A DNA stretch of 30,129 bases from a virus. Taxonomy: Duplodnaviria; Heunggongvirae; Uroviricota; Caudoviricetes. The stretch covers positions 1 to 30,129 of IMG/VR virus record IMGVR_UViG_3300029288_000083; one strand, 5' to 3'. The number at the start of each line of letters is the position of its first letter. Within the stretch, counting starts at the first letter, position 1. The notes below the pieces were generated by a model that was given only the letters and a program-made list of their open reading frames with translations, was not told where the DNA came from and did not search any database. A program made the position numbers and the translations under genes. Shown here piece after piece: positions 23,508 through 30,129 of this stretch.

Positions 23508-23538
23508 CAAATATACAACATTATTAAAGCAATAGCAA
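23508..23538 (-). promoter_or_regulatory. Class I promoter, copy 11
   Basis: TTG-N20-TATATTTG. Confidence 0.8.
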
Positions 23539-23585
23539 TAGTTTATGAAAAAACTTTTAATAAAAATGAAACTATTTTAAATAAC

Positions 23586-23670
23586 TGTATATAATAACTA
23601 CTCAGTGTCCGTAAGGGTTAGTGTAGTAGAGCTGAGACTTAGATTCGTTAAGCAAGTCTAGGTTTTCTTT
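23586..23670 (+). ncRNA. Candidate plus-strand small RNA B behind TGTATATAATA
   Basis: ACTAC/GTAGT stem with a TCC-GTAA-GGG loop; CTTAGAT/GTCTAGG hairpin followed by TTTTCTTT. Confidence 0.45.
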
Positions 23671-23690
23671 TAGCAATTCCATGATTATTT

Positions 23691-24377
23691 TTAGTATGGT
23701 CTATATGTTCGTTTTGCAGGATACTTAAACATATCTTCAACAATAATAGGTCCATTGTATGTATATGATTTATTGTTCTTACCGCATATTGGTAATATGT
23801 ACCAACATATAATTGTGCAGTAGTATCCACGAACATCTTTTGTAAATTCTTTATCTGGATGATTCAATTTATATATGTAAGTTTGAATTTCTTTAAATTT
23901 ACGTCCAGTTTCGCCACCGTCTTTTATGAATTGCAATATCAAAGAATACTTTTTTTGTTTTGTAAATGTTGTTCCTGCCTTTGTTATTCTTCTTGGTGTA
24001 AACTGCACAGTATCATTTGACTTTCTATTAAGTGCAGCATCAGCAAATTTTGATGCAAGTTTATTTTCCAAGTTAACAGGAGTCACATTGTCACTTACAG
24101 TATCGTTAATGATATCATTAATCAATAAGTTGTTTAACGGCACGTCGGTTTCATTGTGTTTCTTTGTTAATTTTGCAATCTGTGAAGAAACATATTTAAC
24201 AGATTCACCACCTTTTGCAATTGTCGGCTTTGGATTATCTCTATTATCAATTAACTGAATTGCACTTTGTATGTCATCTATTTCTGCTTGATTGAATCTC
24301 AAGTTTGAAATTATCGAATTGCGCTTTTCGTATAAACGAGTTAGTTCAGCTAATAGAATTGCTTTTGATGTTTTCAT
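23691..24377 (-). CDS. Coiled-coil protein with a possible C-terminal winged-helix domain
   Basis: N-terminal heptads; ILQFIKDGGETGRKFKEIQTYIY segment. Confidence 0.7.
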   Translation of the reverse strand: MKTSKAILLAELTRLYEKRNSIISNLRFNQAEIDDIQSAIQLIDNRDNPKPTIAKGGESVKYVSSQIAKLTKKHNETDVPLNNLLINDIINDTVSDNVTPVNLENKLASKFADAALNRKSNDTVQFTPRRITKAGTTFTKQKKYSLILQFIKDGGETGRKFKEIQTYIYKLNHPDKEFTKDVRGYYCTIICWYILPICGKNNKSYTYNGPIIVEDMFKYPAKRTYRPY

Positions 24378-24378
24378 A

Positions 24379-25185
24379 TTATTCAAAATTTAATTTTATG
24401 TTATTCAATTGTAAGTAATCTGTAAGAGGTTTGTTGTTTCCATCTTTTGCTATGATTTTGCCGTTGCTTTCAATAAATTGTTTAACAGCACTGAATCCTA
24501 CAAGATGCGCAGCAGCAATCAAACCGCTTACCGTAACAAGATGCATCCCCACGCGTATTCCGCCAGTTTCAGGTATTTGATATTTGATGATTATATCCTG
24601 AAGATACTTATAGTTTATTTTTATCAATTGATTCATTGCCCAGTTTTGTAAAACAGGATTGTTTAAGAATACGTCTTTAGGCATGCTGGTCAATCCAATT
24701 TCTTCTCTTGCCATTGCACCCATCTGATACATTCCCCAATATTGTGTTGACCTATTTTCGCCTTCGTTATAATTTTGTCGTGATTCAAGTAAAGATAATG
24801 ATAACATGAAATTTAAGTTTTCTTCAGGTATTGGATTTTGTCTCATGTCTTGTTCAATTTTTGAAACTTTTTCCCTGATGATTACTTGTTGATGCGTAGG
24901 GCGAATATACATTGCATATGCAAAATAAATAAGTCCAATTAGTAAACCAAATGCGATTATTCGCGATAGTACTTTTTTCCATTTATAAATTGCGCCTAGT
25001 TTAATCTTTTCCCAAACGATGTGTCGAATTAAGTGAAACACATGTCGCAATGTATATTGCAAATGCCATTCAAGTTGTCGAATTTCGCCATCAAGTTTTT
25101 CATTTGTTGGAATTCTAGAATCGTCTGATGTTAAGTTTAAAAACTTTTCAATGAGTTTAATAAATAGACTAAAAATTGCTTTCAT
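24379..25185 (-). CDS. Membrane-anchored lysozyme-like / lytic transglycosylase-like protein
   Basis: Single TM (IIAFGLLIGLIYFAYAMYI), then LLESRQNY...YWGMYQMG and SGLIAAAHLVG, typical of SLT-like folds. Confidence 0.65.
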   Translation of the reverse strand: MKAIFSLFIKLIEKFLNLTSDDSRIPTNEKLDGEIRQLEWHLQYTLRHVFHLIRHIVWEKIKLGAIYKWKKVLSRIIAFGLLIGLIYFAYAMYIRPTHQQVIIREKVSKIEQDMRQNPIPEENLNFMLSLSLLESRQNYNEGENRSTQYWGMYQMGAMAREEIGLTSMPKDVFLNNPVLQNWAMNQLIKINYKYLQDIIIKYQIPETGGIRVGMHLVTVSGLIAAAHLVGFSAVKQFIESNGKIIAKDGNNKPLTDYLQLNNIKLNFE

Positions 25186-25197
25186 AAGTTATATGTT

Positions 25198-25560
25198 TTA
25201 GTTTATACTAGAGTTTCTTTTATTGTTTCGATTTGCATTTCGATTTTCAAGTTTCTTCAGCCAGTCCATTCGTATATCCTCATTGAACATTAATAAATCT
25301 GCATATTCAACTTCGACATTTTTATCTTTGAAATAATCTTCAATCATACATTGCGATAATTTGTCAAGACGAAGAAAGATACCGGCTGCACACCCAGGCC
25401 ACCCGCCATAACCAGTGTATTCATTGATGAACCAGATATTGAAAACTTCGACGTTAAAAATATCAACGTCGGTAGGATATTTTATTTTTGTTTTAGGTTG
25501 TACTAAAGTTATTGTTTTATGTTGTACAAATCCTATTAAATTAAGTAACTTTTTTATCAT
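25198..25560 (-). CDS. Hypothetical protein
   Basis: ORF track. Confidence 0.75.
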   Translation of the reverse strand: MIKKLLNLIGFVQHKTITLVQPKTKIKYPTDVDIFNVEVFNIWFINEYTGYGGWPGCAAGIFLRLDKLSQCMIEDYFKDKNVEVEYADLLMFNEDIRMDWLKKLENRNANRNNKRNSSIN

Positions 25561-25949
25561 GCCGCAGTTTTTTGTTTTGATTTAATTTCATCAACATGTT
25601 TGCAACGTTTGCGAAATGAAAACCCAACGCAATCACAAGCCCATACGCCATTATTGAAAATAATGGCGTATGTTTTTGAACCATCTGATGATTTTACTTG
25701 TTCTGATATTGATTCCGTGTTTTTATTTTTTGTTGATTCATACGTGCCATTTTTGTATGCAATAAGTTCTTCGGTTGAGCAATACATGCCTGGTCCATTT
25801 GCTGGTTTTGAAATTTCACAAACAGAATAAACTTCATCAAGTGTTGTTCCGTTAGGAACCTCAATCCACCCAGGGACAATAAAAGTGCCGTTCTCTAGTT
25901 CAACCAGAGCAGGCGGCACATTTGATTTAAAGGATTTCAATTTATTCAT
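25557..25949 (-). CDS. SWIM zinc-finger protein
   Basis: WACDCVGFSFRKRCKH = CxC-xn-CxH. Confidence 0.85.
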   Translation of the reverse strand: MNKLKSFKSNVPPALVELENGTFIVPGWIEVPNGTTLDEVYSVCEISKPANGPGMYCSTEELIAYKNGTYESTKNKNTESISEQVKSSDGSKTYAIIFNNGVWACDCVGFSFRKRCKHVDEIKSKQKTAA

Positions 25950-25951
25950 GA

Positions 25952-26251
25952 TTAAGATTTTTGAGGTTCACCTTCAGGTAATACAGAATAATAATCGCCA
26001 GAATAACCGTTTGCTGCAGAATTATTTTTTGCGTTATTTAATTGTACGCAAAGAGCAGCAACAGTTTTAGGATTCATATTGATTTTTTTATTACCACGTT
26101 CGTGTTCCCAAGATTTTCCACACTCTAATGTGTATGAACAAGCTTTTATTAATTCAGCAAGGGTGCCTGTTAAATAGTAATAACGGTTTTTAGACGAGAA
26201 TGAACCAGTACTGTGGTTTTCAATTGTAAATATTTTATCAGTTTTTGCCAT
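25952..26251 (-). CDS. Hypothetical protein (early)
   Basis: ORF track; behind promoter copy 12. Confidence 0.8.
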   Translation of the reverse strand: MAKTDKIFTIENHSTGSFSSKNRYYYLTGTLAELIKACSYTLECGKSWEHERGNKKINMNPKTVAALCVQLNNAKNNSAANGYSGDYYSVLPEGEPQKS

Positions 26252-26288
26252 GTCAGTGATTTTTATTTGTTTATCAATTAATTAAAAT

Positions 26289-26319
26289 CAAATATACAAC
26301 ATTATACATCTGATAGCAA
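26289..26319 (-). promoter_or_regulatory. Class I promoter, copy 12
   Basis: TTG-N20-TATATTTG. Confidence 0.75.
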
Positions 26320-26342
26320 TGGTTTTACGAAAAACTTTTGAT

Positions 26343-26504
26343 TTATTTTTCTTTTTTAAGAAATCCCCAAAAAACTATATTGATGATACCTGCTGTTGTT
26401 ATAGCAATTCCCAAAAAGATTTGACTATTATCCCTGTGTATACACAGATTTGCAACGCCAGCAATTAGAAAAACAATGCCGATACAAATATTATATGTTC
26501 TCAT
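26343..26504 (-). CDS. 53-aa 2-TM microprotein
   Basis: MRTYNICIGIVFLIAGVANLCIHRDNSQIFLGIAITTAGIINIVFWGFLKKEK*. Confidence 0.65.
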   Translation of the reverse strand: MRTYNICIGIVFLIAGVANLCIHRDNSQIFLGIAITTAGIINIVFWGFLKKEK

Positions 26505-26521
26505 AATTTAAGATTTTAAGT

Positions 26522-27094
26522 TTATGCGTAATGTGATTCATATTCTGGTCTGCCATCCCATTTACTAAAACTGTAGAATGATTTAGGACTTGATAATCGA
26601 ACTTGTGCGCCGTTTTCTTTAACAGTCAAGTTATACGTATCGCCATTTTCAACAAACGAATCTTTATTCGGAATTGCATGACCACACATAAAACCGGTTT
26701 CAGTATATGTTTTTTTCAATTCGGCAACAGTTATTCTTTTTGCAGATATTTTTGTTACTTGATAAAATTCAATATTGGTTTGTTCATAACCCCATGTATT
26801 AACTAGAATCTCGCCAATCGAAAAATGATCTGCAGCTTTTATTGCAGAATTTGCTTCTTTCTTTTTAACTTTACGTTCAACTGACGATTCATATATTTTA
26901 TTTAACCTATCAGCGTGACGGGTAATTGCAAGGTCAAGTTCCTCCTTTGTTTTGTAACGATAAAAGAAACTAGGTTTCAATGCTTTACCATAATAGCCTT
27001 TAATCGTTAAGTTATTATCATGTATGTAAAGGTTGAAATTTGTTCCACCAAGTTCCCTTGTAAATTCACCAGGCATTCTAGATTTAGTTCTCAT
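26522..27094 (-). CDS. Phage hypothetical protein (GEIL..TWGYEQTNIEFYQV type)
   Basis: ORF track; motif recalled from widespread phage/plasmid hypothetical proteins. Confidence 0.8.
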   Translation of the reverse strand: MRTKSRMPGEFTRELGGTNFNLYIHDNNLTIKGYYGKALKPSFFYRYKTKEELDLAITRHADRLNKIYESSVERKVKKKEANSAIKAADHFSIGEILVNTWGYEQTNIEFYQVTKISAKRITVAELKKTYTETGFMCGHAIPNKDSFVENGDTYNLTVKENGAQVRLSSPKSFYSFSKWDGRPEYESHYA

Positions 27095-27109
27095 AGTTTT
27101 AAGTTTTAT

Positions 27110-27433
27110 TTATTTCGACTTTTCAATTTTTTTAGAGTATTCAATTAGGAAATCTTCAGCAGCTCCACGGTATGAATCTGTTATAAATTCACCATCTGCT
27201 TCTTCGGACATTTGAAGGTGTCCGTATTGGTCAGTGCACTGGTCGTGAATAAATTTTGCAAATTCGGCAAGAACATCTACAGTTATTGTATGTGTTGCAA
27301 CGTATTCTTTAACTTCTTTATATCCTTTTTCTTTTCCTTTTGCCGACATGAATTCCGGCGAACCGCCATCGTACTTTATTTTTTGCAAATCTTTGATTCG
27401 AGAATCGAGCCAATGTATTAATGATTTTTCCAT
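27110..27433 (-). CDS. Hypothetical protein
   Basis: ORF track. Confidence 0.75.
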   Translation of the reverse strand: MEKSLIHWLDSRIKDLQKIKYDGGSPEFMSAKGKEKGYKEVKEYVATHTITVDVLAEFAKFIHDQCTDQYGHLQMSEEADGEFITDSYRGAAEDFLIEYSKKIEKSK

Positions 27434-27444
27434 TTCAATATTTT

Positions 27445-27705
27445 TTAAATTTTAAACTCAACAAGGAAGTGACTGCTTTGTTTTACCGTTGCATCACCAC
27501 GAAACGGTTTCCATATTTTTTCTGTATTTACAATTACAGCATCAGGAAATTGGTTTTTGATTGCTGCCGCATATTTTTCAGCAGTATTTCCATGCGTATA
27601 ATAAAATTCCCAACGAGCAATGAATGTCCCTTTTCTAGTTTTCGATAATATGTCAGGATAAATTCCTTTTTCTTCTAATGTTTCAATTGTAAATTTTGCA
27701 GCCAT
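27445..27705 (-). CDS. Hypothetical protein (early)
   Basis: ORF track; behind promoter copy 13. Confidence 0.8.
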   Translation of the reverse strand: MAAKFTIETLEEKGIYPDILSKTRKGTFIARWEFYYTHGNTAEKYAAAIKNQFPDAVIVNTEKIWKPFRGDATVKQSSHFLVEFKI

Positions 27706-27727
27706 AATATTATCAATTAATTAAAAT

Positions 27728-27758
27728 CAAATATACAACATTTATGAAGCAATAGCAA
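27728..27758 (-). promoter_or_regulatory. Class I promoter, copy 13
   Basis: TTG-N20-TATATTTG. Confidence 0.8.
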
Positions 27759-27832
27759 TGGTAATGACAATTATTTTAAACTAAAAAAACTCTGACATTG
27801 CTGTCAGAGTTTTCATTTGATGATTTGTTGAG

Positions 27833-28171
27833 TTATTCTTTTGTTAACGGTTTTGTTCTTTTCGATTTGAACTGTTCTTTTAATTCAGATACATCTTTTT
27901 TATTTGCATTGTTCTGTAACCCGTCTATAAGTAATCGAATTACAAGTATAATTTTGAACCAAGTCCAATATGCAATTAACGGTAAAGCGTATTGATGAAA
28001 ATCTGGTGTAATTGCAGCATACAGCAAATTCACAGGAATTGCTATAAGTAAGGCAGCAATAACATGCACGGCAATAGCATACAGTGTTCCAAAACACATT
28101 GCAAATACAAGAACAATTAATTTCCAAATAAGGCCAAAGAGAAAAGATAAAATTTTACCAAGTGCTTTCAT
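27833..28171 (-). CDS. Membrane protein
   Basis: ORF track; about three hydrophobic segments. Confidence 0.8.
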   Translation of the reverse strand: MKALGKILSFLFGLIWKLIVLVFAMCFGTLYAIAVHVIAALLIAIPVNLLYAAITPDFHQYALPLIAYWTWFKIILVIRLLIDGLQNNANKKDVSELKEQFKSKRTKPLTKE

Positions 28172-28202
28172 AATATAATTTTAAGTTATTAATTTATTTT
28201 TA

Positions 28203-28213
28203 TATTATATACA
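28203..28213 (-). promoter_or_regulatory. Class II promoter-like motif TGTATATAATA
   Basis: Exact motif match. Confidence 0.55.
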
Positions 28214-28232
28214 GAACTTTTGAATAGTTTTA

Positions 28233-28559
28233 TTATTTGTTGAATAATTTTCCAACTTCTAATTCACGTAAATCCAAGTATGCTTCACGTCTTCCAAATC
28301 TTGTTTGTTCAAATGATTTAACTTCAATTAAACCTGCAAGTATTGCACGTGTGAATTTTTTATTTTTGGCAGTTCTTTTTCCTTCACCTGTTAATTCTGT
28401 AAGCATAACAAAACGTTCGTTAAGTTCAGTTATTTGAAATTTTGTATGCTGTGCATTTTCATAGAATTGTCCGATTTCAAAATTTTCGTCCAATGCTTTT
28501 CTTCTTTTTTCGATTGCTGCGGTACCTAATACCAATGATGCATTTTCTTCTGGTGTCAT
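28233..28559 (-). CDS. Hypothetical protein
   Basis: ORF track. Confidence 0.75.
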   Translation of the reverse strand: MTPEENASLVLGTAAIEKRRKALDENFEIGQFYENAQHTKFQITELNERFVMLTELTGEGKRTAKNKKFTRAILAGLIEVKSFEQTRFGRREAYLDLRELEVGKLFNK

Positions 28560-28569
28560 ATGATTTCTT

Positions 28570-29064
28570 TTAAATTAAATTATGATATACTTCTTTTGAT
28601 TTTTTTGACCACGATGGATTGGGACGATACGTTGAATCTAATAAGTATCGGTATAAATGTTCTCAGTCAGTTTCTGGGTCAAATCCTGCCTTATCATCAA
28701 ACAAAACATTAAAATACAATTTCTGTGTGTAATGTCCAAAAGATCCATGTGCAACAGATATCTCTGGATTTTCATTTACGTAATTAAATTTTATACCATC
28801 ATTATTGAATTGCTTCGTATATACTGCAATTTCAGAAGGATACGATGAAGTATACATAATTAGTATAATATCTTTTCTTTCTGATAATAATTGCAAAACT
28901 TCTTTTGCATACGGATAGTAATCAATTATCGGTTCTATTTTTCTATAATCTGGATATGAAACAGTTCCATGTATGTCGATACACCAATAAGTTTCAAACC
29001 ATTCTTTTTCTTCTGCGTGCGTCAGCATTTTGTGCACCCATTTAATGATTGGCGGAGTTGACAT
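28570..29064 (-). CDS. HAD-superfamily-like protein with an in-frame TGA at 28663-28665 (readthrough form ends at 28570)
   Basis: CIDIHGTV (motif I-like), YTSS (II), FDDKAGFDP (IV). After the TGA the frame continues EHLYRYLLDSTYRPNPSWSKKSKEVYHNLI-TAA, filling the gap to the next gene. Confidence 0.7.
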
Positions 29065-29377
29065 ATTCTAATAGTTTGCGTTGTAATTTTACAATGTTAG
29101 CACATTTTTCGTATTCTTCAATTGAAGCATAGTATGTAAGCATTTTTTTACTTATTGCAATAGAAGCTCGTTTTGACATTGCAACATCGACTTCTATTCC
29201 ACCAAAGCAAACAAAATTGAAACATGGAACTTCATCGTCCATGCTTAGTTCATCATTATTAATTACGTATTCAACAAAAGGGTACAGAATGCCGAAGATA
29301 TATTTGTTATCATCTACAGCGTCATGTATTTCTTGATTACTTTTAAATTCTCTATATATGAATACCGGAGTTTTCAT
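29042..29377 (-). CDS. Hypothetical protein with a C-terminal UVR-like helical motif
   Basis: YYASIEEYEKCANIVKLQRKL. Confidence 0.7.
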   Translation of the reverse strand: MKTPVFIYREFKSNQEIHDAVDDNKYIFGILYPFVEYVINNDELSMDDEVPCFNFVCFGGIEVDVAMSKRASIAISKKMLTYYASIEEYEKCANIVKLQRKLLEYVNSANH

Positions 29378-30129
29378 TCAAATCTTAATTCGTAAAATTC
29401 TTGTTCGTCACAAACAATAAATGTTGTGGTATCATGCTGAACTCTTTTTGAAAAATGGAAATGACCATAACACCAATACTTTATTTCATGGTCATTCTTT
29501 TTCAAATGATCATAAATCATTGTCATGTTATGACGTTCCTTTTCGCATTCGTCTATAAGTCGCCAATCTTCATTGAACCAACCCATGATTCCTGTTTTTG
29601 TTGTTGGGTCAGCAAACTTCGGTGCTGTATGCGTAACAACTACTGTTACTTTATCTGTCAGATTTGCAATTGCAATAGGATCGTATACACATTGTTCATT
29701 TGACCAATATGATGATCCTTCAACGCGTTGCGTTCTGTCGATTGATGTTGCACCGCCAACGAATAAAATATTTGCGGGACCTGTTTCAAGTAAAAAATAG
29801 TCAGGAACTAATTTGATTCGTGAAAACATGTCAACCAATGGAGCCTTGTCGCCTTGAAAATACGATGGGTCATCGTGATTGCCTCGAACCATGAATAACA
29901 CATTATTTGTGTTTTCCAATATTCGATTTAATTTTTTAAATTCATCAAGATAAAATCCTGTCTTTTCAAAACCCATGCCAATATCCCCAGCAATGCAAAT
30001 AACAGAATCACGAATTTTATATCGTTCTCTGATTCTATATCCAAGTTCACCCCATTTGCCATGATTGTCACCAACCACTACAATATGTTGTAATTCTTTA
30101 GCATATGTTAAACGACTATCCGTTGTTGC
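29374..30129 (-). CDS. Calcineurin-like metallophosphoesterase, 5'-partial
   Basis: GDNHG, AGDIG, RGNHD, THTAP and GHFH motifs; the frame is open to the right edge, so the true start lies outside the window. Confidence 0.92.
   Translation of the reverse strand, partial: ATTDSRLTYAKELQHIVVVGDNHGKWGELGYRIRERYKIRDSVICIAGDIGMGFEKTGFYLDEFKKLNRILENTNNVLFMVRGNHDDPSYFQGDKAPLVDMFSRIKLVPDYFLLETGPANILFVGGATSIDRTQRVEGSSYWSNEQCVYDPIAIANLTDKVTVVVTHTAPKFADPTTKTGIMGWFNEDWRLIDECEKERHNMTMIYDHLKKNDHEIKYWCYGHFHFSKRVQHDTTTFIVCDEQEFYELRFE

Noticed and set aside
5307-29800. Numerous plus-strand track ORFs (e.g. 6946..7257, 7254..7634, 10923..11309, 16575..16898, 22022..22369, 23926..24258)
   Set aside because: Shadow frames antisense to better-supported minus-strand genes.
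1-30129. Complete reassignment of TGA (code 4) or TAG (code 15)
   Set aside because: Code 11 ORFs already tile the window and Trp is encoded by TGG throughout. TGA and TAG both close genes at tight junctions. Only partial TGA readthrough is supported, and I found no in-frame TAG.

Overview
AT-rich (roughly 30% GC by eye), gene-dense segment of a large lytic tailed phage, with essentially all genes on the minus strand. Thirteen copies of a TTG-N20-TATATTT(G/A) promoter match the Bacteroidota -33/-7 consensus, which points to a Bacteroidota host and an early/accessory region. Most genes are small hypothetical or membrane proteins. Recognisable products: four GIY-YIG (Seg-like) homing endonucleases, thioredoxin, a Nudix hydrolase, a metallophosphoesterase, a HAD-like protein, SWIM and SEC-C zinc proteins, a membrane-anchored lysozyme-like protein and a half-size PnuC-like protein. 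The most unusual signals are: (1) a canonical-length tRNA with a UCA (opal) anticodon, plus two genes interrupted by single in-frame TGA codons where readthrough restores full-length, gap-filling proteins; (2) a ~1.5 kb non-coding minus-strand locus (about 3600-5125) with a dense structured RNA (GOLLD/ROOL-class candidate) and five tRNA-like elements whose anticodon arms are shortened, aberrant or absent; (3) a duplicated back-to-back promoter module driving plus-strand small RNAs; (4) a five-gene membrane-protein paralog array next to an origin-like repeat region; (5) a 22-nt tandem repeat tract. Protein and RNA family calls come from motif recognition only; no searches were run.
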